A stretch of 64,000 nt of DNA, from positions 79,484,001-79,548,000 of the forward strand of contig OX597826.1 in NCBI GenBank assembly GCA_951406725.2, given 5' to 3'. This document shows positions 13,431-25,311 of this stretch, piece after piece. Origin of the DNA: Octopus vulgaris. Taxonomy: Eukaryota. The number at the start of each line of letters is the position of its first letter. Position 1 is the stretch's first letter. Position numbers and translations under genes: made by a program. Below the pieces are notes generated by a model. It was not told the DNA's origin and ran no database searches. It saw only the letters and a list, made by a program, of their open reading frames with translations.

Positions 13431-13643
13431 ACGGGGGTGGGGTGCTGGAAAACTCCTGGCTTTGGATAAAAGAAAATGCAAGATGATTTATGATTCTATT
13501 CAAGATATTCTCCTCTCAGATTCACACAATTATTGCAGCAATCCTTCAGATTTTCTAAGACCTGGAAAAGAAGTCGGAATGTCGGGCCTCCAACCAGGTC
13601 TTTCGCGACACCCTTACACCCAGGAACTTTTCAGCATCCCTCG
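13431..13643. mobile_element. Non-autonomous mariner-type MITE (same family as 1907-2106)
   Basis: Ends GGGTGCTGGAAAACTCCTGG ... CCAGGAACTTTTCAGCATCCCTCG followed by TA; shared internal TCTCAGATTCACAC..TTATTGCAGC. Confidence 0.75.
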
Positions 13644-14292
13644 TATATAAATACGTGTGTTCGTGCGTGCATGCGCGGTGGACTATCGGTAGCTCCCTAT
13701 CGATCGCCGTGTGTCTTGACGGTGCTCTTTCTGTAACTCATTCTAACTCCAGTGTACCCAAGATTTCAGTTCTTCCCTCATGATTTTCATTCGATATACC
13801 AAGGATTTGCTTGCCACTACATCCAACTAGTCTTATGAAGATGACAACATTCTTCATTTCTCTGCATTTCACACACACACGTTAAATACGCAAACAGAGA
13901 TCTTGAAAGCATCCTCCAATGGTGATATACCATTCTTGTCTCTTGCAGCAGCAACAAGATACAAACATTAATCGGATCACGAAAGCCTCATCCCACTGCA
14001 ACTCACTTAAGCATTAACAACACTTAACAAGAGTTCCCCAAATCTCTTTAACTTTTGGTTTTCACCAGAAGCGAAAGTCCTTTCTAACGAAATCATATCC
14101 ATAACATGTTTACAATTATATAACTTTATAGAATGCATAGAAATCTATTTAATACTGATGTCAATGCCCCAGGATGACGAGAAACCAATCTCGAGCAAAA
14201 CACTTGAAAATATGTAAAAAAAATCTCCTTGAATAATGCACATTATTTCCCTTTTCTTTAGTTCGCACAGTTGAAAATGAGCAGCAGCAGCA

Positions 14293-14650
14293 GTGGAGGC
14301 GCAATAGCCCAATGGTTAGGGCAGCGGACTCGCAGTCGGAGGATCGTGGTTTCGATTACCAGACCGGGCGTTGTGTGTGTTTATTGAGCGAAAACACCTA
14401 AAGCTCCACGAGGCTCCAGCAGGGGGTGGTGGCGACCCCTGTTGTACTCTTTCGCTCCAACTTTCTCTCACTCTTTCTTCCTGTTTCTTGTCCCCGACTT
14501 CCTACGCAACCACTGAGCCTGGAAGCGCATTCACCCATCCGTCGATGCTCTCGGTGTCGGGGGTTGACCTGCTTTCTCTTCTGCGGGTCTTACGAATAGC
14601 AAAGGACCACGTTTCGGACTTCTCCCACTGGACGAAGACCGCGACGCTCA
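14293..14650 (+). mobile_element. tRNA-derived SINE with S3-like head and a different 3' body
   Basis: GTGGAGGCGCAATAGCCCAATGGTTAGG...GGTTTCGATT head and CORE-like TTGAGCGAAAACACCTAAA; flanked by (CAG)n on both sides. Confidence 0.75.
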
Positions 14651-15303
14651 ACAGCAACAGCAGCAGCAACTAGGGTTAAATTTACAACGGACTGATGTTT
14701 TGTTCAAAAGGAGTTTGAAGGAAGGATTAGTTTGGTTCAAAAGTTTTATCGCTGAACTTGTTGCCCAGTTGCCTATGACCCCCGACTCGAACCACGTATG
14801 CTTGTATGTGCGTGCGCATGTGTATTTGCAAAATAGAGCTATTTAGCGTAAACATTCTTAAAACGACATATTAATTCAATTGAAAAAAATTTAAAAAGCC
14901 ATTCAAATCAAACGCTCTCACAGGAAATCATACATTGATCTATGGAGGCATATATTTTCATACATAGGAAAGGGGAGAGGAAATTCAATGATTTTACCTG
15001 TATTCGGAAATCTCTGAAGAATAACAGAGAGTAATCATCGCCAGGGTAATGAAGACAGCTGCCCTTAGGACTGGATAATATCTCTCCATATCACCTATTT
15101 TTTTCAGCTGACCTTTAATAGAAAGAAACAAAAAAAAAATAATTAGACTATAAAGCAAAAAAAACGAGATGTTTTATGAGGCAGAAACATGTGTCTATGG
15201 CTGACTTTTGGCTTTCAATGGAAAAGAAATTACCTGTTTCTTCTCGCAAGAGAATTTATTTAGAATTATGTTTTAAATTTCTTGGCGTTATTTCTTCTCA
15301 TTC

Positions 15304-15680
15304 AGGGCGGCGAGCTGGCAGAAACGTTAGCACGCCGGGCGAAATGCTTAGTGGTATTTTGTCTGCTGTTACGTTCTGAGTTCAAATTCTGCTGAGGTCG
15401 ACTTTGCCTTTCATCTCTTCGGGGTCGATAAATTAAGTACCAGTTACGCACTGGAGTCGATGTAATCGACTTAATCCGTTTGTCTGTCCTTGTTTATCCT
15501 CTCTATGTTTAGCCCCTTGCGGGTAGAACAGAAATAGGTATTTCGTCTGCCGCTATGTTTTGAGTTTAAATTCCGCCGAGCTCGTTTTGCCTGTCATCCT
15601 TTCAGTTACACACTGGGGTCGATAGCTACCTTCTCCGCAAAAGTTTCAAGATATTGTGCCTGGAGAAGAAATAATTATCT
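15304..15680 (+). mobile_element. SINE family S2, dimeric form
   Basis: GGCGGCGAGCTGGCAGAAACGTTAGC head, GAGTTCAAATTC B box, GCCTTTCATC..CGGGGTCGATAAATTAAGTACCAG central domain; second unit restarts at ~15537. Confidence 0.9.
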
Positions 15681-15817
15681 CTTCTCATTCAGGATTGCCA
15701 ACAATCATCGCTAACTTTTCAAATTCATGGACTTTCGATATTTGCTATTTCCAAAATGTTTGTGGTTTGATTGATCGTTTGACATGGAACTCTTGGACAA
15801 TCTTTAATATTTATCAT

Positions 15818-16013
15818 TTATCTTTTATTTGTTTCAATCATTAGATTGCGGCCATGCTGGAGCACCGCCTTTAAGAAACTTTAGTCGAATGGATCGAATC
15901 CCGTACTGATTACTTAAAGCCTGGTCTAACACAGTCTCTAATGCCGAACTGTTAAATTACAGGGATTTCATATATCGACACTGGTTTTTAAGCAGTGGTG
16001 GGAGAGAAACACA
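15818..16013 (-). mobile_element. SINE S1 3' half
   Basis: TGCGGCCATGCTGGAGCACCGCC...TAGTCGAA motif. Confidence 0.8.
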
Positions 16014-16081
16014 GGTGCACGCATACGCACGCACACACGAACACATGCACACACACACGAATGCACGCACACACACACACG

Positions 16082-16113
<32 letters not shown>

Positions 16114-16734
16114 CATACGCACACACACATTTTCATCCACTTAAGAATCAATAAGTAAAATATACAGACTCGTATATTTGTCAATCGAGTGTATATTTAT
16201 CAAAAAATTACAGTATTATTGATCCATTACAGCAGATTTTAACAGTCGTTTTCGTATCGGATATTAGCTGACGGGATATTAGATAACGGGCCTGTTGTCC
16301 AATACACGCTTCATAGGTAGCAAATATAGAAAAAATATCGCGATCTCTCTCTGATTTTGGATGTAATAACGCATCATATCCGGTTTGAGGTGTGCAGTAA
16401 AAAAAGACGAATCGAAATCTCGGGGGAGAATTATGCGAGGGATTTAGCAAGAGTTATGCCCCTGGTGCTCCTAATCCAGAGTTAGCTGTGATGTTGCGAG
16501 AGTTTGGTGGGGAAAAATATGTGTGAACGTATCAGAACTTCTGTAGTGGGTATATAATAATATGTGGAAATTGACGATTTAAAAGTCTGTTATCAGCAAA
16601 TTGGCATAGGAATAATTTTCTTTTGCCCTTGTTTATAAGTTGTTTATAATTTTAACCTTTAAAGGTATTTTAATATGCTGCCACTTTTTTGATGAAATTT
16701 TTTCTGTAAAAAAACTTCATCCTATATTAGTAGT

Positions 16735-16787
<53 letters not shown>

Positions 16788-16789
<2 letters not shown>

Positions 16790-16950
16790 GTTGGGGTTTC
16801 GAACATTTCCGTCTACCAACTTCTACAGCTAATTTATAAGTCAATTCGAGGCTGTTATAGTATACACATGCTCAAGATTCTCTCGTGAGATCGAATCTGG
16901 AACGATGTGATTGTGAAGTGAACATCACGGCTACACACTTAAGCCTACAC
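16788..16950 (-). mobile_element. SINE S1 5' half, degenerate
   Basis: TTTCCGTCTACCAA...ATAG..ACACATGCTCAAG motif next to (TA)n. Confidence 0.6.
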
Positions 16951-19719
16951 CTATTTGTAATATGCTATTGTTATTTTAGACGTTTAGCGGAAATTAGAAA
17001 AGCGACTGCATAAATTTTATATTTTCTAATTTTATGGCTACGAAATTTGTATTTGTCAAAAGTTAACTGAAGGAAAGTTTTCGTTCAACGTATTGTGGTA
17101 TCTGTTAAATGAATCTTTGTGGTCACTGACCTCCAATTAACCATCGATAATCCATTTGTTTAGTCGGAAGGGTCAAATAATAAGATATGCAAAAGTAATC
17201 CAGTTCGATTTTTAGCTGAAATCAAGTTATTACATTTATATTACTATTGTAAAAATAACCAAACCAAAAAAAAAACAAAAACAAACAAACAAAAAACAAA
17301 AAACAAAACAAAAGCGTCAGATTTCTATTTCGTAATCATACGAAACCAATTACGTTCTTCCATAATTCCATTCATTGGATTATTGAAAGGTTTAATCGAA
17401 GCAATTTAAAGAAAAATATGATGTTGGAAACATTGATTTATCGCTAAAGAGACAGACCTCGAATTTATAGGACAGTAGAATATTGGAATATTGACCATCT
17501 AAAAGACATTGGAATGTCTCTGTCAGTTATGAACCAAGGCGTAAGTTAAGTCAACTAGACTTGTGTCAAATTAAGAAATAATCGTTGATCATCCAAGAGT
17601 CGGAAACTACTGAACTGATTGTGTAAAGGAAAAGAAGCTGATGGGCCAGTGGCTCATATTTTATTAACGTTGCTGCGCTGTGATTAATGGCTGAAAAAAT
17701 TAGCTTACAAACAACCCAGTATACTAAACAGAAACCCGAGTTCCTATGTAAAAAAATAGTGAGAGATATTTAAGTCCTTCAACGTTTATGAAATAATCTA
17801 ATTGTATTCTAAACAAATATAGTTATATAGTTTAGTATTAATATAGTTCTATAGGCTTGTATAAGAAGTAAAAACGCCAAAAGTAAGAACGTACAATCTT
17901 TCACTTAGAGAATGTATGTAAAACTCCCAAAGCTACAATGCTGAAAGATCGATTCAGAAACGTGTTTGTAGAAATGAGGAATGTTCATTTAATTCTTAAA
18001 TAAGCATCATTTGGAAAAGAACAACAACAACACCATCGCATCCCACTTCTCTCTTTACTTTATATAAGCAATCTTTATTGATCTCTCATCTAGGATTGAG
18101 GAATATTTTTGCAGTCTTCATTTATCAATGAATAATCATTATCGATATACACATAAAAATATCAAAGTTATAGGTAGCAGGGAACACGACCAAAATGTTA
18201 TTGATTTATTCTTGTTTGTTGACCTTTAATTCTCCCAAACCCCAAACTGCATTGATTTTGAGACGAAGGGAAATAAATGCATTATAGAACTTAGTAAGGC
18301 AACTGAATAGCGGCCCTTTGTAATGAAGGCCAAGCTAAACGGAGTGCACACTGCGTTTGATCAAATCAGCGCATTGATTCTGACATCAGCGACAACATCA
18401 AGAAGAAGAAGAAGAAAGAAGAAGAAGAAGAAGAAGAAGAAGAAGAAAGAAATGGAACAAAAATCATGAGAGCCAGAAGTATAAGAAGAAAAATAATAAA
18501 CAAGAATAAGAGCAAAAAGAAAATCAACAAGAACAGCAAAAACATCTTCATCATAAACAAAAAGACAAGGAGAAAAAGAAGAAGAAGAAGAAGAAGAAGG
18601 AGAAGGAAATGAAGGAAAAAGAGAAAGAGGAGTAAGAGGAGGAGATGATTTATGTGCGTGTGAATGAATTAGTTTAATTCTACCGGAAATTGTCTGAGAA
18701 AGAACAATTTCCAAAAAGAGACTCATGCCAATAGGAACGATACCGCTTTGTTAACTACTTCACACAAATCTCATTCTTTCTCCGTTCTCTCTCTCTCCCT
18801 CTCACCCTCTCTCTCTTACTCTTTCTATTCTTCTCTCTCTGTTTCTGTCTTTTCACTCTTTTCGATTTTTCTATCCTTTTTCTGTTTCTCTGCCTCATCC
18901 CACTCCCTCTCTCTCTCTCTTTCCCACCTTTTTAATTCTTATACATGGAAACTTGTATGGACAGAGAGACACGCCAGACAACTTGCCAGAAGACCAAAAG
19001 CAGTGAGGAAAAAACAAAATGTGCATAATACAGCGAGTGTTGGCAGCAGGTTCGATCGTTGATAAGGTTGGGGACGAGCCAAGGTGTTGTCTGTTGGAAC
19101 TGGTTGGGTGTGGGTGTGGGTGGGTGGGTAACGAAAGAAGTTGGACCACACGGGACATACATTGAATTTGATTTCACGTGTTAATGAGGGAGGAGTGCAC
19201 TACGTGGTCACTCGAACTGGGGCTAAACAAGTAAACAGAGCTACAACAACAACAACAACAACAACAATATCAATAACAAAAGCAACTCAGTGTTTAATGT
19301 ATCGTCCATCACTTTATACGGCGTGGGTTTCACCGAGCAGTAATCGAGGCTGCAAGCATTTGAGCAAACGATGTCGACAGCATTTCTGCCCTTTATTCCT
19401 TGTCCGCTCCACCACCAACAGCTTTTTCTCCCCCCCCCCCTCATCAACAATTCTATCACGTTACTTCTCTAACACCCCGACTTAAGGCACTTCCGACTCC
19501 TCCTGTAGAACTCATCCACTTCCCACTTTCCCGAACACTCCATCATTTATTTTTAAAAAAAGCCGGAATTTAAGCACCTTATTAATCAGTAGGCTCTCTA
19601 CACACCCACATAGGACTCCTCATTTGTTTTTGTTCCTGGGAACAAATAAAGGGTCCAGTGCTGTTAAACAGTCATATCATGACGTGTTTCTAAATATATT
19701 TGCTTGTATATTTATCTCA

Positions 19720-19935
19720 AAGGCGGCGAGCTGTCAGAATTATTAGCATGCCGGGCGAAATGCTTCGCAGTATTTCGTCTGTCTTTACGTTCTGAGATCA
19801 AATTGCGCCGAGGTCGACCCTGCCTTTTACCCTTTCGGGGTCGAAAAACTACGTCGAGTACTGGAGGAGGATATAAACGACTAGTCCCCCTCCCCGCAAA
19901 TTTCAGGTCTATTCCTAGAGTAAAAAGGATATTAT
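19720..19935 (+). mobile_element. SINE family S2
   Basis: AAGGCGGCGAGCTGTCAGAAT...CCTTTCGGGGTCGA. Confidence 0.88.
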
Positions 19936-20485
19936 CATGTTTCTACCCTTCTTTGATTGTGTGAACAAATACACGAATAAAACTCATAGTTAAGATTCAA
20001 GAAGTCACAACGGACACAGATCCTTTCAAATATGCACAAATCACTTTATATATTGAACTAGCTTAAGGTGATCCGCTCTACGCCCGGGTGAGGGTGTGGT
20101 TGTTACTTTCTGTTGCTTCCTTTCTGTTTTTTATCATCGCATTTTCCCTCTTTGTTTCTCTCTCCTTTCTCTCTCACTTTCCCACTCTCTTACTCTTCCT
20201 TTCTCTCGGACTCTCCCTCGCGTTCTCTTACTATCTATCTTTCTCTATCTGTCTCTCTCCCATTTATAAAAAAACAAACAAAAGATCTTGAGTAAGTTGA
20301 GAAAGGAAATATTTTGAAAGATCAATCATAAATATCTGGCAGTGACAATGGAAAGCACACTTGCCTTTTGTACATGTCACTATTTGAGCGATTAAAAATA
20401 AGGCAAAATGGATTTCTTTGTTAAATTTAGTACTTATTTTGGGAATCTTTCGACGATTGATCATGCAAATGAAAGCTCTAAGCAC

Positions 20486-20744
20486 TTAAAAAATTTTGAA
20501 TGGTACAAAAATGCACTAGTATTCAAACAATGAGCTGTAAACCAGTTGTAATTTAGTCATCCATAGTCTGATAATATTTCAGAATAAAATTCTTTCATTA
20601 GCAGCGACTCCATCCATCTAAGAATATCTGAAGAAGGAATTTTATTCCGAAATATTATCAGACTATAGATGGTTAAATTACAACAGGTATTATAGCCCAT
20701 TGTTTATGTTATAGTGCATTGTTGTACCATTCAAAACTTTTTAA
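20486..20744 (+). mobile_element. Inverted-repeat Penelope-like pLTR element, family C, with hammerhead core at 20628-20656
   Basis: Arms ~20486-20596 and ~20633-20744 are imperfect reverse complements; CTGAAGA-A-GGAAT-TTT-ATTCC-GAAA-TA-TT with palindromic ATAT stem III. Confidence 0.75.
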
Positions 20745-21239
20745 TTCTTTACAAACAATACAAAATGCTTCAAGCGAATTACAATACTCTCCTGTTATTA
20801 CGAATATTGTACTCCTGAATTGTTTAGTCAATCCCTGATAGATTTTGCTAATCAATTCTGTTAATTATTCTATCGTAACCTTTTCCCTGTGCTACACCAT
20901 ATGTCACCTTATCTATGGACGAGATACAGAAATATCCACTACGGATATTTGTAAATAAGAATTCCGATATTATAATTGAGCACGTTTGCAGATGAAGCAT
21001 TGCAGTGATTAATAGCATTGTGCACAGATTCGCCGATATATTTAATCGAGTTGGATAATCAGTGATTTTATATATACTTGCAGATAAGCAGGAAAATCCA
21101 TTCACAAGTGTATAGAGAACCACGCATAGGTACAGTTTCTATTGTTTGACAATTAAAACTTGATGGAAGATTAACTATATTCCAGCCAAAATATTTGGAA
21201 ACAGATTGCGATATCGCTCGTTAAGAGTGTATCGTGATT

Positions 21240-21883
21240 AAGGCGGCGAGCTGGCAGAAACATTAGCGCGCCGGGCGAAATGCGTAGCCGTATTTCGTCT
21301 GCCGCTACGTTCTGAGTTCAAATTCCACCGAGGTGGACTTTGCTTTTCATCCTTTCGGGATTGATTAAATAAGTACCAGTTACACACTGGAGTCGATATA
21401 ATCGACTTAATCCGTTTGTCTGTCCTTATTTGTCCTCTCTGTGTTTAGCCTCTTGTGGGTAGTAAAGAAATAGGTATTTCGTCTACCAATACGTTCTGAG
21501 TTCAAATTCCGCCGAGACCGACTTTGCCTTTCATCCTTTCGGGGTCGATAAATTAAGTACCAGTTACACACTGGGATCGATGTAATCGACTTAATCCGTT
21601 TGTCTGTCCTTGTTTGTCCCCTCTGTGTTTAGCGCTTTGTGAGCAATAAAATAATAAGAAATAATAAGGCCGCGAGCTGGCAGAAACGTTAGCACGCCGG
21701 GCGAAATACTTAGCGGTATTTCGTCTATCTTTACGTTCTGAGTTCAAATTCCACCGTTGTCGACTTTGCTTTCAGCCTTTCGTGATCGATAAATTAAGTA
21801 CCAGTTGCGTACTGGGGTCGATCTAATCGAATGACCCCCTCCCCCCAAACTTTGGGCCTTTTGCCTAGAGTAGAAAAGAATAG
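21240..21883 (+). mobile_element. Tandem cluster of S2 SINEs (dimer 21240-21660 plus monomer 21666-21883)
   Basis: Three successive copies of ACGTTCTGAGTTCAAATTCC..CGAG..GACTTTGC..TCATCCTTTCGGG. Confidence 0.93.
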
Positions 21884-22405
21884 TATATCGTGATTCAATT
21901 TGGTTGGAAATTGGGACACTTTTCACCTATGTATCAGTATTTGTGAAAACGCTTGGAAATTGAAATCTTTTTAGTACTGTGTACAAAAAATACACGACGA
22001 AGATTATTCGATATATCAGAAGTAATTCTTGTTAAAGAAGACTTACTGTTCATAAATATCAGAATATTTTTGAAATTTGAACTTATACTTAAAAATATGG
22101 TAAATCCAATGTGTAGGGAATAATTTGTCAGAGACTTTATTGTTGAAATACATGAATAAATAATTTATAGAAGTTTCTGTAAGAATTTACCGATTCAGAT
22201 CTTTTGATTAATAATGCAGGAAGTTGCAAGAGAATACTGTACGCGTTAGTAATGTAGTTAGCATCTTCTGGGAGTATTCACGCTGAGAAATGCGTACACT
22301 ATAATGGGCCAGCCGATCTTACAATTTTAATATTACTATCTTTTAGATTCCAGATATATTTGGAGAGTGATGTAGTGAGGCGTCATTCCGAATCTTCTCT
22401 CTGCA

Positions 22406-22506
<101 letters not shown>

Positions 22507-23219
22507 ATATTTCATCCGTTTGTGTGCATTTCTACATGGAAAGGCAATCCACTGCGCAAGTTATCTCGAGAGAAGAAATTTATATATAGACAGTATAGTT
22601 ATAAACACACCACTTGGCCATGATGGCATGCATTTCTGCGTCCCTATGCTTAATCAGTGACGTATACCGAGCATGTTAGATATACTCTTTACTAAAGAGC
22701 ATCGACGTTTCTCTCTTCAAAATAGTATATCATGATTAAATTGGCACCCATTTTAATCACGTTATACTATTAACGAGCGATGGTTTTGCCTTGAAAATGT
22801 TGACATCGATATTCAGTTCCGCCGTCAATTCCAAGTCTTTCTGAAATCAATTAGTAAGATAAGTGAATGTAAATATTTCCAATGTATTAAATCGAAACGT
22901 GAGCACATATTCATTTTCTGGGAAACCGACTGATGGCCAGCGATGCTCAATACTGTCTCTCATTTCAGAAAAAAAAAACTGCAAAAATTAGATAAAGTCA
23001 AGAAATGATTTAATAAGGAACGATTATAGTATTCCGTTATTCCATCCGATTAGTTTGATATTCGAACATTTTTTTTGGTTTAATTGGATTGGATTAATAT
23101 CGATTAACTAAAGAATGTTCGATGGGTATTATCGATATCAATTCGAAGAAACAGATTCATGAGATTTACTCCGTCTGTAACAAGTGCATCTCCATTAAGA
23201 ATGTTGTTTGACATTAAAG

Positions 23220-23316
<97 letters not shown>

Positions 23317-23386
23317 GTCTGTCTGTCTGTCTGTCTGTCTGCCTGCCTGCCTGCCTGTCTGTCTGTCTCTCTCTATTTATCCATCC

Positions 23387-23438
<52 letters not shown>

Positions 23439-23443
23439 GTTTG

Positions 23444-23477
<34 letters not shown>

Positions 23478-23486
23478 TCTATCTAT
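23220..23486. repeat. Compound (TATC)/(TGTC)/(TGCC) microsatellite
   Basis: Direct inspection. Confidence 0.97.
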
Positions 23487-23501
23487 CAAAAAACTCTGTG
23501 C

Positions 23502-23543
<42 letters not shown>

Positions 23544-23656
23544 GCGTATACATACATAGATATATTCATACATGCATACATATTTATATGCATTTATATA
23601 GGTATATATATTTGCATATACGTACATAGATACATACATATAGACACACACATGCA

Positions 23657-23792
23657 TACGACGGGTTTCTTCAGTTTTCAACTACCAAATACACACACAC
23701 GGCTCTAGTAGAAGACACTTGCGCAAGATGCCACACAGTGTGACTGAACCCGGAACGATGTGACTGTAAATCAAAATTAGTACCACACAGTC
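23657..23792 (-). mobile_element. SINE S1 5' half
   Basis: GAAGACACTTGCGCAAGATGCCACACAGTGTGACTGAACCCGGAAC. Confidence 0.8.
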
Positions 23793-23803
23793 TCTCTCTC
23801 TCT

Positions 23804-23882
<79 letters not shown>

Positions 23883-23928
23883 TATATAGATATAGATATA
23901 CACAAACATATATATATACACATACATC

Positions 23929-23959
<31 letters not shown>

Positions 23960-23961
23960 TA

Positions 23962-24163
23962 GTTAATCCAAACATGGAAACACAAAGAGAAAACACAACA
24001 ACGCGAGGACGTGGAACAAGTATAGTATTATTGGACGCTCAGCAAAGAAGGAAAGAAGGAGGGTTTAACGTTACAAGCGGAGCTCTTCGTCAGAAACATA
24101 GGAAAAGGAAAGATCCAAAGAATGGAAGATGGAGGAAAATAATCGCCAACGGTACACACGCGG

Positions 24164-24166
<3 letters not shown>
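23962..24166 (-). mobile_element. Family A short hammerhead element, copy A1 (HHR 24063-24097, GAAA mutated to GTAA)
   Basis: GTTAATCCAAAC...CACACGCGGTCA between (TA)n tracts; minus strand GTTT-CTGACGA-AGAGCTCCGCTT-GTAA-CGTT-AAAC. Confidence 0.85.
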
Positions 24167-24204
<38 letters not shown>

Positions 24205-24855
24205 TAAATATATAAATCCCAAAAAACGAAACTTAACGGACGACAATGAAAACATACGGACAGATGGACGATACAATGACGGACAGGATAACCAGGGTGG
24301 AACATTCGTAGCTTTCTATTCATCAGTCAAGCTTCCAATTATCACTACAGTTTCGGCCAGTTACACTTGAGACTGTTAAAATTGATAGGCCCAAGAAGCA
24401 TAAAAGCTACGAGCTAAACAAAGTTAGCAGATGTTTATTAAAATAACACTTGTCAGAGAAGGCAAGTTTCTTTCAATTTAGAATATGTCAGAATGTCTTA
24501 CAGTAAAGAAAAGGCTTGGATACATGCATGTTGGCAATCAAGTTTGGTTAAAGAAAGGATTGGTCTATCAATGGATTACTCAATAAACGTTCAATTATTG
24601 GCAAGCATTTGTATGAGCAAAGAGAACAGAAGTATTCAGGGTGGATAGAGACTACTAGGCATCTAAGCATGAAGAGGAAGAGGGAGAGAGAGAGAGAAAG
24701 AGAGAGGGAGAGAGAGGGGGAGGGAGACAGAGAGTAAGAAGAGTCATAATAATTTTGTTCGTGATGAAATACATAGAAAAACCTCCATCCATCCATCTTC
24801 TCGGCCCACTGTTCCCTGGAGGATCGTGGGGATAGATCCTCCATATATATATGTG

Positions 24856-24886
<31 letters not shown>

Positions 24887-24924
24887 TGTTTGTGTGTGCA
24901 TGTGTGTGTGTATGTGTCTTTGTA

Positions 24925-25140
24925 TCAATGTTTGCCCCTCACTACAGCTTGACAACCGGTGGCAGTGCGTTTATAACCCCGTAACTTAGCGGTTAGGCAA
25001 AAGTGGTTGACAGAATCAGTACCAAGTTTTAAAAAGAAATAAGTACTGGGGTCGATTCCTTTGATTAAAAATTCTTCAAGGCAGTGCCCCAGCATGGGCT
25101 GCAGTCTAGTAGCTGCAACAAATAAAAGACAAAAGAATAT
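24925..25140 (+). mobile_element. SINE S1 3' half
   Basis: GCTTGACAACCGG...CCCCGTAACTTAGCGGTT...AAGTACTGGGGTCGAT...CCAGCATGG. Confidence 0.8.
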
Positions 25141-25241
25141 ATAAATATATATATATATGTATATTTCTATATACATTCATATATATGCATATCTATATAC
25201 ATATACATATACATACATACATACATACATACATACATACA

Positions 25242-25311
<70 letters not shown>

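Noticed and set aside
14604-14640. GAAACGTG hammerhead half at the SINE tail (minus strand)
   Set aside because: Cleavage position would be G (not NUH) and there is no upstream CUGANGA on that strand.
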